From Candidatus Magasanikiibacteriota bacterium (GTDB lineage Bacteria > Patescibacteriota > Patescibacteriia > Magasanikbacterales > GWA2-37-8): a stretch of 64,000 bases of DNA. The stretch is taken from assembly GCA_963802255.1 (NCBI GenBank), contig CAWDHY010000001.1, positions 171,842-235,841 on the forward strand, written 5' to 3'. The notes under the pieces are model-generated. The model was not told the origin of the DNA. It made no database searches and worked only from the letters and a program-made list of their open reading frames with translations. This document shows, one piece after another, positions 1 through 8,931 of the stretch (positions are counted from its first letter, which is position 1; each line of letters opens with the position of its first letter). The position numbers were made by a program, and so were the translations under genes.

Positions 1-25
1 TAACCGCTTTGGGCATATTACCTTT

Positions 26-649
26 TTAATAATTTTTTTCCAAAATCATTAATTTAGTTTCTTCCTGTGGCAAATCCTTTTTCTTAATAATAAATTTTTT
101 GTCAGTTGCTTCCGGTTTCAAACCGAGATTCTTTATGAATTCGGAAATTGGCGCGGCTTTCGGGTCGGTATCGCATTGATAGGCGATTGGAATAATGATC
201 CGCGGCTCAAGAGCTGTGACTGTTGCCACCGCATCATCCGCCTCAAGAGTGCCGTTTTTTTCCGCACCAACCGGGATAAACAGAATATCAGGATTTCCCA
301 GTTTGGCGATCGTTTCAGTGCTCAATTTATGATTTATGCGTCCAAGATGCGCGATAGTTAAACCTTCAGAAATTATTTTGAAGATAAGGGTGTCGTTTGG
401 ACCCGGCAATGAATATATCATCGTATCTTTTATCTCAACTTCACCCAGAGTATTTAAAATAAAAGGGTCTTGGCTAAGAGTGACGGTATCCTCGTCGCCA
501 TGAGAAAAAAGCGCAATTTGAGGAGAAAAACTGCGGGGAAAATCACCGGTTGAAGGTTTGTAGGCGTCTACAATAATTGTAACGTCTTCGTCCCTGAGAT
601 TTTTTGTTTGCAATTTGACGCAGGTTTGGCCGAGCCAGTTAATATGCAT
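26..649 (-). CDS. MBL-fold metal-dependent hydrolase-like protein (UPF0173-like)
   Basis: 207 aa. N-terminus MHINWLGQTCVKLQT and C-terminal half (AHLG..PDILFIPVG..ALEPRIIIPIAY) resemble the UPF0173/YtkL family of beta-lactamase-fold hydrolases. Canonical HxHxDH is not clear (FSHGDED). Confidence 0.45.
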   Translation of the reverse strand: MHINWLGQTCVKLQTKNLRDEDVTIIVDAYKPSTGDFPRSFSPQIALFSHGDEDTVTLSQDPFILNTLGEVEIKDTMIYSLPGPNDTLIFKIISEGLTIAHLGRINHKLSTETIAKLGNPDILFIPVGAEKNGTLEADDAVATVTALEPRIIIPIAYQCDTDPKAAPISEFIKNLGLKPEATDKKFIIKKKDLPQEETKLMILEKNY

Positions 650-787
650 AATATTCAGTAAAATTAGTGTTCCAAAGCATTAACATTCTATCATAAAAAA
701 CAAGTGTTATCAAGCCCGTAGTGGGGATATAATGTGGTTAATTTTTGGCTAAAATAAGCTATTTTATACCTTATCGTAAAATTTTTG

Positions 788-1651
788 CTATTTTGTCGCG
801 AGTAGCATGAAACTCAGATATCCAAGGTGCGGATCATCTGAAAATTTTCTATTTAATTCTGGCCTGATTTTTTCAACTTTTGATGTATCCAACAGATTTA
901 ACGGAATAAGTTTGATGTCCGTCCAGTCGTTATTTTTCAAAAAATCTTCGTATGCCTGTGGGCGCTTACGGTTGGGAATGCCGGTAAAATGACAAAAACG
1001 ATAGAAATTATCCGAGAAACGATAAATATTTAGCGGGTCATGATAACGGATAATTTGAGTATGGGTTTGCAAGTCAATTTCCGCCGCCAAAATCGCGCCG
1101 GGTGATGCCAATTGTGATAATTGGACAATAACATTTTCCACATTTTCAAAATGTTCAAAAGCCGCTTGGCTGAAAATAAAATCAAATTTGCGGTCAGCGA
1201 GTATGGATAAGTTAAAATTTTTATCGCATATATATTGAATGCGGCCACTATTATTTTTTAATTTTTTTAATTCTTCCCTGAGTTCGTTCAAAGAAACGCC
1301 GAATTTATGCGTTAAAACAGTAAATAATTTTTCATACAAAATATCAGGACAATTTTTCGCCAGCGAATTGGCGTCAAAGGCAGTGTAGGAAGCAGCGCCT
1401 TGCGCGATGGCTATAAAGGCATTGCCAAGGTCGGCGCCCGGGCCAAGTTCTAAAATATTTTTATTTTTAGCTTCGCTTTGATCGGAATATTTTTTTAGCT
1501 GATTCATCCAGCCGCTAAAAACATTTAGGTCATAATTAACCGCGCGGTCTATATCGGAAACGGAAAAAGGGCGGGGGCGGCTATAGCCAAAAATGGAATA
1601 GCGCATTTTATTGATTAAAAGTATCAGCGCGCCAAATAAATGGTAAAACAT
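788..1651 (-). CDS. class I SAM-dependent methyltransferase
   Basis: 287 aa. Motif I-like ILELGPGADLG followed by acidic FDAN, the Rossmann-fold MTase pattern. Confidence 0.6.
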   Translation of the reverse strand: MFYHLFGALILLINKMRYSIFGYSRPRPFSVSDIDRAVNYDLNVFSGWMNQLKKYSDQSEAKNKNILELGPGADLGNAFIAIAQGAASYTAFDANSLAKNCPDILYEKLFTVLTHKFGVSLNELREELKKLKNNSGRIQYICDKNFNLSILADRKFDFIFSQAAFEHFENVENVIVQLSQLASPGAILAAEIDLQTHTQIIRYHDPLNIYRFSDNFYRFCHFTGIPNRKRPQAYEDFLKNNDWTDIKLIPLNLLDTSKVEKIRPELNRKFSDDPHLGYLSFMLLATK

Positions 1652-1775
1652 AGATAATAGGAAATTATTGTCATTATTATATATCTTTTTTTACGCTTTA
1701 TCAAGCGAAAAAATGGCGCTATCTATCCGCAATATCAGGAGAAAATACCGTTTAGAAACAGGGGGTCTGACCATC

Positions 1776-1804
1776 TTGACATGTTTTAATAATTAGGATA
1801 TACT
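1776..1804 (+). promoter_or_regulatory. sigma70-like promoter upstream of rpsA (TTGACA-17-TATACT)
   Basis: -35 ttgaca at 1776-1781, 17-nt spacer, -10 tatact at 1799-1804. A stem-loop (ccggcc..ggccgg, ~1828-1849) lies in the leader. Confidence 0.35.
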
Positions 1805-1877
1805 CACCTCACAATAAAAATACTAATCCGGCCCGATTTAGTGGCCGGAACCAAACCGCAAATATGCGGGAGGATAA

Positions 1878-3125
1878 GTGAGTTTTTTTGTTTGTATGTC
1901 AGATGTAAAACAAGATTTTAAGAAATTGCTCGAGGACCATTTAATGAATTTCCCGAATGTCGGAGATATTGTTAAAGGCAAAGTAATATCCGTTGATAAA
2001 AATGAAGTGCGTATTGACGTGCAGAATTTAACGACGGCGATTGTCCGTGGCCGTGAGATGTTTTTTGAATCTCGCGAGTATTCCGATTTAAAGCTTGGAG
2101 ACGAAGTGGAGGCAACCGTTATTGATTTGGAAAATGAAAACGGTGAAATGGAACTGTCATTCCGTATCGCCGGCATGCAACGCGTTTGGGATAATATGAA
2201 GAAATGGATGTCTCAGGGCATTACCATAAAGGCGAAAGTATATTCGGCCAATAAAGGTGGTTTGATGGTTCAGGTCGGCGTGTTAAACGGCTTCATGCCG
2301 GTATCACAGCTCAACCCGGATCATTATCCGAGAGTGGCCGGTGGCGATAAAAATCGCATTTTTGAGAAATTACAGGAAATGGTCGGTGAGGATTTGGAAG
2401 TTAAAGTAATAGACGTAAATGAAAAAGAGGAAAAACTGATCGTTTCAGAAAAAGCTGTTTGGGAAGATGCACAAAAAGCCGTACTGGAGGCCTATAAAGT
2501 TGGTGATGTAGTTGACGGAGAAGTCAGCGCTATTACATCATTCGGCGTATTTATCAGGTTTGGTGAAGGATTAGAAGGTCTGGTGCATATCTCTGAAATT
2601 GCCTGGCAAAGGATTGATCACCCGAAAGATATCTTAAAAGTTGGCGATAAAATTCGCGCTCAAATTATTCAGCTTGACCACTCAAAGATATATCTCTCAA
2701 TAAAAAGATTAGTTGATGATCCGTGGAAAAAAGTGAAAGACAAATTTAAGGTCGGCGACACGGTGAAAGGCAAAATTATCAAAGTTGAACCGTTCGGTTT
2801 GATGATTAGCCTTGATAAAGAGATTCACGGTTTAGCGCATATTTCTGAACTTTCCGATGAACCGATTGCCAATATAAATGATAAATTCAAAATTGGGCAG
2901 GAACTTGAAATGGTAGTGGTGTCACTGGAACCGGCTGAGCATCGTTTGGGTTTGCGCATGGCCGGCGTAAAAGGCAAGACCGGGCGGAAAGCCGAAGCGG
3001 CTGCAAAATCTGTTGAGGATGAAAAGAATAATGAAGAGGAAGTTGAAAAGAATTTAGATGAACTGGCTGCGGTTGAGGCCGTTGCTGAAGCCGGACAAGT
3101 TGAAGAGGAAAAGAAAGAGGAATAA
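1878..3125 (+). CDS. rpsA: 30S ribosomal protein S1
   Basis: 415 aa with four S1 (OB-fold) repeats, e.g. GDIVKGKVISVDKNEVRIDV, GDVVDGEVSAITSFGVFIRF, GDTVKGKIIKVEPFGLMISL, and an acidic C-terminal tail. GTG at 1878 sits 4 nt after GGGAGG. An alternative ATG is at 1896 (MSDVKQ). Confidence 0.8.
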   Translation: MSFFVCMSDVKQDFKKLLEDHLMNFPNVGDIVKGKVISVDKNEVRIDVQNLTTAIVRGREMFFESREYSDLKLGDEVEATVIDLENENGEMELSFRIAGMQRVWDNMKKWMSQGITIKAKVYSANKGGLMVQVGVLNGFMPVSQLNPDHYPRVAGGDKNRIFEKLQEMVGEDLEVKVIDVNEKEEKLIVSEKAVWEDAQKAVLEAYKVGDVVDGEVSAITSFGVFIRFGEGLEGLVHISEIAWQRIDHPKDILKVGDKIRAQIIQLDHSKIYLSIKRLVDDPWKKVKDKFKVGDTVKGKIIKVEPFGLMISLDKEIHGLAHISELSDEPIANINDKFKIGQELEMVVVSLEPAEHRLGLRMAGVKGKTGRKAEAAAKSVEDEKNNEEEVEKNLDELAAVEAVAEAGQVEEEKKEE

Positions 3126-3148
3126 AATAGAAAAATTAAACAATAAAT

Positions 3149-3169
3149 CCACCAGTTGGTGGGTTTTTT
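3149..3169 (+). terminator. Rho-independent terminator after rpsA
   Basis: Short hairpin ccacc-agtt-ggtgg followed by tttttt. Confidence 0.45.
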
Positions 3170-3220
3170 GTTATTTGAAATAAACCTGCTATGCTATCCG
3201 TATTAAAGGTATAACCATTT

Positions 3221-3787
3221 ATGACAAACGGACAGCTAGAAACAATGGCTGATGAAGAGCTTGTTTCGCTTTCAGTTGAAAAGAGCGAAATTTTTGGAAT
3301 TTTAATGAGACGCTATCAGGGCCGGCTTTTGTCATACATCCGACGTTTATCCGGATTGCGCAGTGAAGACGCGGAAGATGTTTTGCAGGAATCATATATT
3401 AAGGCCTATCTCAATTTAAATGATTTTGACCGGAAATTAAAATTTTCTTCTTGGCTTTATCGCATTGTTCATAATGAAACGATCAGTGAGTGGCGTAAAC
3501 GAAAAGCCCGCCCGAGCATAATTTTAGACAGTGAAGACTGGCAAAAAATTAAAAGTGGCTCAGATTTGAATAGTGAAATAATGGCAAAGTTTGATAAAGA
3601 GTTGATGAATAAAGCTATTGCACGTCTGCCAAAAAAGTATCGCGAGGTTATCGTTCTTAAATATCTTGAGGAAAGATCATATGAGGAAATGGCTGATATA
3701 TTGCGCAAACCTGCCGGCACTATCGGTACATTGATCAACCGGGCAAAAAAACAATTGAATAAAATATTGAAAAAATATGGATCTTAG
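3221..3787 (+). CDS. RNA polymerase sigma factor, ECF (sigma-70 group 4) family
   Basis: 188 aa. Region-2-like segment (DVLQESYIKAYLNLNDFD, FSSWLYRIVHNETISEWRKR) and a region-4 helix-turn-helix (YREVIVLKYLEERSYEEMADILRKPAGTIGTLINRAKKQL). Confidence 0.8.
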   Translation: MTNGQLETMADEELVSLSVEKSEIFGILMRRYQGRLLSYIRRLSGLRSEDAEDVLQESYIKAYLNLNDFDRKLKFSSWLYRIVHNETISEWRKRKARPSIILDSEDWQKIKSGSDLNSEIMAKFDKELMNKAIARLPKKYREVIVLKYLEERSYEEMADILRKPAGTIGTLINRAKKQLNKILKKYGS

Positions 3788-4553
3788 CAAACAGGTTTTA
3801 GAACAAATTGAGAAGCAAAATATTCATCCGCGTTCGCGTTACGCTGTTTTTTTGAGACGTTCAATATTTTGGGCTTTCACTGCGCTTGCTTTGATGATTG
3901 GCAGTATAGCGGTTTCCATAACAATTTTTTCAATTGCCAATGTGGAATGGGATTTGTGGGCGAGAGCAACAAGTAGCTCCTGGAGATATGTGCTGTTTAT
4001 ATTTCCGTATTTTTGGCTGGTCATCTTTGTTGGTTTCATTTTGTTTGCGCATTACAATCTGCGCCACACAAAATATGGCTATAGATTTACTTTGTCAAAA
4101 GTTATTATCATCTATATTGTATCAACCGTCATATTAGGCGGTACTTTTTTCCGGCTTGGTCTTGGCCACGAAATCGAAGAACTTATTGCCGATTCTGCAC
4201 CTTTTTATCACCATTTACAAGGTGAAAGGATGATGTGGGTAATGCCGGAACAGGGTCTTTTGGGCGGGCGAGTTGAAAATATTGACGGGCCATATAACTT
4301 TATATTAACAGATTTGGATGGTGTAAGGTGGCAAATATCAGTGTCCGGCACTATCGGCGTGGAGTATACGTTTCCCGGTGCAAAAATAAAGATTATCGGT
4401 GAGAAATTTGGAACGAGCAGTTTTCAGGCGGCGGAAATCCGGTCTTGGTGCGGATGCAGCGGATGCAATAAAGAAAGTAATACTGCATGCATGCATGTAA
4501 GCGGAACCTGTCTTGGCGGCTCACTGTGCGGGCAGCAGGGATGCGGTTATTGA
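3777..4553 (+). CDS. polytopic membrane protein with Cys/Gly-rich C-terminal tail (possible anti-sigma or sensor partner of the ECF sigma)
   Basis: 258 aa, overlaps the sigma gene by 11 nt (translational coupling). Three or more hydrophobic helices. C-terminus WCGCSGCNKESNTACMHVSGTCLGGSLCGQQGCGY. The anti-sigma role is inferred from position only. Confidence 0.5.
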   Translation: MDLSKQVLEQIEKQNIHPRSRYAVFLRRSIFWAFTALALMIGSIAVSITIFSIANVEWDLWARATSSSWRYVLFIFPYFWLVIFVGFILFAHYNLRHTKYGYRFTLSKVIIIYIVSTVILGGTFFRLGLGHEIEELIADSAPFYHHLQGERMMWVMPEQGLLGGRVENIDGPYNFILTDLDGVRWQISVSGTIGVEYTFPGAKIKIIGEKFGTSSFQAAEIRSWCGCSGCNKESNTACMHVSGTCLGGSLCGQQGCGY

Positions 4554-4692
4554 AAGAAATATTTTTTTGATGCGTATTAGTTTATGAGCGCTCAAAAAAT
4601 ATTTCGTCACCTCCGGCTTGGCAAGGGTTATGAGCCTAAACTTGTCCGGGGGTGACACAAATTATTAACCGCAGAAAGCGGATAAAAAAATT

Positions 4693-4959
4693 ATGAAACC
4701 ACTTTGGTTTATAGGCGGAATAGCAGTAGCGGCAATGCTGGTTGTCGGTATCGGTTCAGCATTTGCATATCAGGGAAAAGGTGCCAATGTAAATACTGAA
4801 ATTGGCGATACAAAGACACAAACAAAAACCTGCGGATGCGCGCATGGGGCGCAAGCCGGCGGGTGCGGAGCGGCCGGTTGTACTGCAGGTTGTTCGCAAT
4901 GTAGTGGGCAAGGTGTCTGCGGCGACGGTTGTTCCGGAGGATGTAAAGCGGGGCGCTAA
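4693..4959 (+). CDS. small membrane-anchored Cys/Gly-rich protein
   Basis: 88 aa. N-terminal TM/signal segment (MKPLWFIGGIAVAAMLVVGIGSAFA). C-terminal 45 aa has 11 Cys in CG/GC spacing (CGCAHGAQAGGCGAAGCTAGCSQCSGQGVCGDGCSGGCKAGR). The tail resembles that of the upstream 258-aa protein. Confidence 0.45.
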   Translation: MKPLWFIGGIAVAAMLVVGIGSAFAYQGKGANVNTEIGDTKTQTKTCGCAHGAQAGGCGAAGCTAGCSQCSGQGVCGDGCSGGCKAGR

Positions 4960-5002
4960 GCGTTTCGGTCAATAAAAATAAGTCGAAGTAAAACCTTAAA
5001 AA

Positions 5003-5033
5003 AGAACCCCCGTTAAGCCGGGGGTTCTTTTTA
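5003..5033. terminator. Rho-independent terminator (bidirectional, between convergent genes)
   Basis: gaaccccc-gttaagcc-gggggttc followed by ttttt, with an A-run upstream. Confidence 0.6.
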
Positions 5034-5050
5034 TAAAATTAATATTTTTA

Positions 5051-5239
5051 TTACATTTGCCATTCTGTTACGCCGTGCTGGGGTTCATCGTCTTTACGGC
5101 GTTCTTCTTCGGGCGGATAGGGACGCTCTTCAAGCGGTAAAGACGGATAACCGCCTTCGCGTCGTTTTTTTCTTCGTTTTTCATCCTCAATAATATGAAT
5201 TGGCATTTTTGGGTAATCAGCATTTAATTTGGGAGGCAT
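5051..5239 (-). CDS. hypothetical small basic/proline-rich protein
   Basis: 62-aa ORF, co-directional and 11 nt upstream of the LD-carboxypeptidase gene. No recognisable motif. May be spurious. Confidence 0.25.
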   Translation of the reverse strand: MPPKLNADYPKMPIHIIEDEKRRKKRREGGYPSLPLEERPYPPEEERRKDDEPQHGVTEWQM

Positions 5240-5250
5240 ATGATTTTATA

Positions 5251-6261
5251 TTAATCAACAAACGGCCCGGTGAATTCAATTTTTTTGTCCGGATAGATCG
5301 TTGTTTTACCGCCAATGGGCACTAGCATGGTATTTTTTTCCACATTGTGGCCGAAATTTTCCACTGCCAAAATATATAATGGATTGCCTGATTTTTTCCG
5401 GAATGCCATCACGTCACTGAGTAGATATTCAAATACTCGGTCCGGTTTTTCTTCCTGGCTTTGTTCCTTACCAAAAATTTTATTAAATTTTTTAAACCCT
5501 TTTTCCATCTCAGATTTATTAAACCTGCCGATGACCAGAGCCTTGATATGGCGGAATACACCCCGTTCATCAAGAGATATGATAACGCGGTGAAGATCTT
5601 CAATATGGATATCAATATCTTCCGCGAATAAAATATAATCGTCCCAGGTGCGTAGTTTGATATTGTACATGTCGAGCAAGTCGCGGAAGGTCGAGATATT
5701 TCCGCCAATGGCGATTCCCTCAATTTTTTCTTGGGGCGCTCCCGCCGGGCCATGCCAGGCGTAGTTTCCTTCTTTGAAGGAAAAAGAGTTTTTCTTTCCT
5801 TCAACAACGTCAAAAAACAATTGATTATTATCGTTTTCCAAAAGCCCGCAAACATTGGAATAATGAAATGTCAAAAGTTTCAGTTCAAAATATAAATAAT
5901 TTAAGAGGAAAGTTGTATCGGAAAAACCGTTTACGACCGGCCGATTTTTACGAATTTTCATTAAATCTGAATCAGTCAGATGCCGGATGATATCTTCACA
6001 GCCGGTTCCGCCGTAAACCGGTAATAGCCAATTTGCTTCTTTAATTGCCTGGCGAAATTTGCGTAAGCGTTCCGATTCGGATGCAGAAAGATACCGCAAA
6101 TCAAGATAACTTCTTTGCACGTCAAACAGATGGGTATTTAAATAGCGTCCTTTAATTTTTTTTAAGGCCGATTCAAAAGTCTGAATATCCGATTTTTCGA
6201 CCGGGGAGGATGTATGAACCAGATGAATTTTTGATTCAGGCGTTATTTTTTTTGGCAACAT
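5251..6261 (-). CDS. LD-carboxypeptidase (peptidase S66 family, LdcA/MccF-like)
   Basis: 336 aa. Nucleophile motif GFSDTT (S66 consensus G[FY]SD[IT]T) and C-terminal FGH catalytic-His motif (AVENFGHNVE). Confidence 0.6.
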   Translation of the reverse strand: MLPKKITPESKIHLVHTSSPVEKSDIQTFESALKKIKGRYLNTHLFDVQRSYLDLRYLSASESERLRKFRQAIKEANWLLPVYGGTGCEDIIRHLTDSDLMKIRKNRPVVNGFSDTTFLLNYLYFELKLLTFHYSNVCGLLENDNNQLFFDVVEGKKNSFSFKEGNYAWHGPAGAPQEKIEGIAIGGNISTFRDLLDMYNIKLRTWDDYILFAEDIDIHIEDLHRVIISLDERGVFRHIKALVIGRFNKSEMEKGFKKFNKIFGKEQSQEEKPDRVFEYLLSDVMAFRKKSGNPLYILAVENFGHNVEKNTMLVPIGGKTTIYPDKKIEFTGPFVD

Positions 6262-6271
6262 ATATACAGAG

Positions 6272-6841
6272 TTAATCTTTCAAATATTTTGCGACGCCGT
6301 CGTGCCGTCTTTCCTCTCTTTCTCTGGCGCAGGCGTAATCGTGTGCGTCGTTATAATGCATGCCTTTTTTCATCAAATTACGCTCATATAGCTCATGAAT
6401 TAGAACATATTTTCGCTCTTTTGTCAATATGGCGTCATCAAGCCAAATTTCATTTTTCGGCACATAATTATAGATAAGATCGTGCCCACCAAAGACGAAA
6501 TTGAAGTCAAAATATCTGCGCACCAGTTTACCTGAAACCAGAAAAATTTTTAACGCGCCCTTTTTATCTAATAGTTTTAAGTGAACTTTTTTTTGGTCAA
6601 TTCTATCCATTCCACTGCGTAAAATCTCTTTTGCTTTTTCATAATCGTATTTTTTCATTAGCGCTCGTTTTTTGATAAATGTATCCATCAACTCTTTTTT
6701 CTCTTTAATAAATAACTTATCAAACCAGATTTCATTTTTTGGGATATATGGGCAAGTGACATTATCTTCCACGCAGCTAAAATCAAGGTCAATAGTGTTT
6801 CTGATTTTATAACCGTCAACAATTTTAATTTTTTTTGGCAT
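6272..6841 (-). CDS. hypothetical protein with internal tandem duplication
   Basis: 189 aa. Two ~35-aa repeats: YIPKNEIWFDKLFIKEKKELMDTFIKKRALMKK and YVPKNEIWLDDAILTKERKYVLIHELYERNLMKK. Ten nt downstream of the LD-carboxypeptidase gene. Confidence 0.5.
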   Translation of the reverse strand: MPKKIKIVDGYKIRNTIDLDFSCVEDNVTCPYIPKNEIWFDKLFIKEKKELMDTFIKKRALMKKYDYEKAKEILRSGMDRIDQKKVHLKLLDKKGALKIFLVSGKLVRRYFDFNFVFGGHDLIYNYVPKNEIWLDDAILTKERKYVLIHELYERNLMKKGMHYNDAHDYACAREREERRHDGVAKYLKD

Positions 6842-7041
6842 ATAGAATTATTTTATTTAGTATCACTCCCGCGCAGATAAAGATCTATTATTGTGAATAC
6901 CCGGATTCCCGCCTACGCGGGGGTGACACCGGATACTTGATATTTTTCTAATTTTAGCATAAAATATCCATAATTGCTAATCAAAGACCGGGGCCGGTTA
7001 GACTGATAATCGTCCTTGGCAGTTATTAATTATCTATCAAT

Positions 7042-8880
7042 ATGCGGGATTTTATCAAGAATTTTTTGATTGTATTTTGCGCGCTTTTAGTCATCGCGGC
7101 CGTGCTGAGTTTTTTTAAAGTCGGCGACACACAAAAGCCGGATACAATTGGCGTGGCGAAAATGGTTGAAGAGATTAATGCCGGAGAAGTCAAGAAAGTC
7201 ACGGTTGAGGGCAGTATATTAAAGGTGGAGCTCAATGACGCATCCTTGAAACCGCAAGAAGTCAAGAAGGAACCGGCTGAGTCTTTTGGCGAGATAATGA
7301 AAAATTATGGTGTTTCTGATGAAGCAAGAGCGGCCTTGGAGGTTGAAGTAAAGGATGAAAGTTCATGGAAGTTTTGGGCGGCCAATATTATTCCAGCTCT
7401 TCTGCCTCTAATTATTATTATCGTCTTTTTCTTTTTTATGAGCCGTGGTGTGCAGGGAATGAATAATAAGGCGATGGGATTTGGACAGAGTAATCCGCGT
7501 CAGGTGAACCCTAATGAGCGCGAGAAAAAAACATTTGCCGATGTTGCCGGTACCACAGAAGCTAAGATTGAATTGCAAGAGATTGTTGAGTTCTTGAAAC
7601 AGCCGAAAAAATTTGCCGATATGGGAGCAAAGATTCCGAAGGGTGTACTGCTTATGGGAGCGCCAGGAACCGGCAAAACTTTGCTTGCGAAAGCAGTTGC
7701 CGGAGAAGCTGATGTACCATTTTTTCACATGTCCGGTTCGGAGTTTGTGGAAATGTTTGTCGGTGTCGGTGCATCACGTGTACGTGATTTATTTGGAAAA
7801 GCTAAAAAAGCGGCACCGGCCATTGTATTTATCGATGAAATTGACGCGGTTGGCCGACGGCGCGGTGCCGGTTTAGGCGGTGGGCATGATGAACGCGAGC
7901 AGACATTAAATCAGATTCTCGTGGAAATGGATGGTTTTGACCCGAACATTGGCGTGATTGTTGTCGCCGCGACAAATAGACCGGATGTTTTGGACCCGGC
8001 TTTGCTTCGTCCGGGGCGTTTTGACCGTCGGGTAGTTCTGGATTTGCCGGACATTAGAGATCGCGAAGAAATATTGGCAATCCACGCGATTAACAAACCG
8101 CTGTCCAAGGAAGTATCGCTTAGAAAAATTGCGGAACGGACTCCGGGATTTTCCGGAGCTGATTTGGAGAATCTTTTAAATGAGGCGGCTATATTAACGG
8201 TCCGCCGGGGTTTGAAAAAAATTGGGGAAATTGAAGTGTTGGAAAGCGTTGAAAAAGTATTGCTTGGCCCGGAAAGAAAAAGCCGTATTGTTACTGATAA
8301 AGAAAAGAAGATGACGGCTTATCATGAAGCGGGGCATGCGATTGTCGGATTCCTTATGCCAAATTGCGACCCGGTACGCAAAGTCTCAATAATTTCGCGC
8401 GGACAGGCGGGCGGATATACGCTTAAAATGCCGAGTGAAGATAAACGTTACCGGACGCTGGCTGAATTTAACGATGAATTATCTATGGCTCTCGGCGGAT
8501 TTGTTGTGGAAAAAATGATTTTTGGCGACGATATAATATCAACCGGCCCTTCGGCTGATTTAAAAATCGTAACCCAGATCGCTAAAGATATGGTGATGCG
8601 ATATGGCATGAGTAAACTCGGACCGCGCACTTTTGGCGAGCGGGAGGAACTGATTTTCTTAGGCCGTGAGATTCATGAACAACAAGATTATAGCGACAAG
8701 ACAGCGGAAATGATTGACAACGAGGTGAGTAGTATTATTTCCAAAGCCATGGAACGGGCGAAGGATCTTTTAGAACGGAACAAGGATAAACTGGAGAAGA
8801 TGGTGGCACGGCTACTTGAAAAAGAAACAATTGAGCAGGATGAGATTGCGGAAATTATGGGTGAGGAAACAAAATTATAA
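7042..8880 (+). CDS. ftsH: ATP-dependent zinc metalloprotease FtsH
   Basis: 612 aa. N-terminal TM and second TM, AAA Walker A GAPGTGKT, Walker B IVFIDEID, second region of homology, zinc site HEAGHA. Confidence 0.95.
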   Translation: MRDFIKNFLIVFCALLVIAAVLSFFKVGDTQKPDTIGVAKMVEEINAGEVKKVTVEGSILKVELNDASLKPQEVKKEPAESFGEIMKNYGVSDEARAALEVEVKDESSWKFWAANIIPALLPLIIIIVFFFFMSRGVQGMNNKAMGFGQSNPRQVNPNEREKKTFADVAGTTEAKIELQEIVEFLKQPKKFADMGAKIPKGVLLMGAPGTGKTLLAKAVAGEADVPFFHMSGSEFVEMFVGVGASRVRDLFGKAKKAAPAIVFIDEIDAVGRRRGAGLGGGHDEREQTLNQILVEMDGFDPNIGVIVVAATNRPDVLDPALLRPGRFDRRVVLDLPDIRDREEILAIHAINKPLSKEVSLRKIAERTPGFSGADLENLLNEAAILTVRRGLKKIGEIEVLESVEKVLLGPERKSRIVTDKEKKMTAYHEAGHAIVGFLMPNCDPVRKVSIISRGQAGGYTLKMPSEDKRYRTLAEFNDELSMALGGFVVEKMIFGDDIISTGPSADLKIVTQIAKDMVMRYGMSKLGPRTFGEREELIFLGREIHEQQDYSDKTAEMIDNEVSSIISKAMERAKDLLERNKDKLEKMVARLLEKETIEQDEIAEIMGEETKL

Positions 8881-8894
8881 AACCCAATTAAAAA

Positions 8895-8921
8895 ACACTC
8901 TGCTGTTGCAGAGTGTTTTTT
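8895..8921. terminator. Rho-independent terminator (between ftsH and the convergent operon)
   Basis: acactctgc-tgtt-gcagagtgt followed by tttttt. Confidence 0.6.
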
Positions 8922-8931
8922 AATATAATTT

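Noticed and set aside
5409-5855. 148-aa ORF within the LD-carboxypeptidase locus (different frame)
   Set aside because: It is fully embedded in the 336-aa S66 peptidase gene, which carries the diagnostic GFSDTT and FGH motifs. No independent support.
4640-6925. Shared 12-mer cgggggtgacac upstream of the Cys-rich peptide gene (~4644) and upstream of ftsH (~6913), considered as a possible ECF-sigma-dependent promoter element
   Set aside because: Only two copies with no further conserved spacing to a -10-like element. A single 12-mer coincidence in 64 kb is within chance expectation. Left as a note only.
6841-7041. Possible tRNA or small RNA in the 200-bp spacer before ftsH (GC-rich hairpin cccgcctacgcggggg)
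   Set aside because: No T-loop (GTTCRANYC) or cloverleaf could be built. More likely a simple hairpin or terminator-like element.
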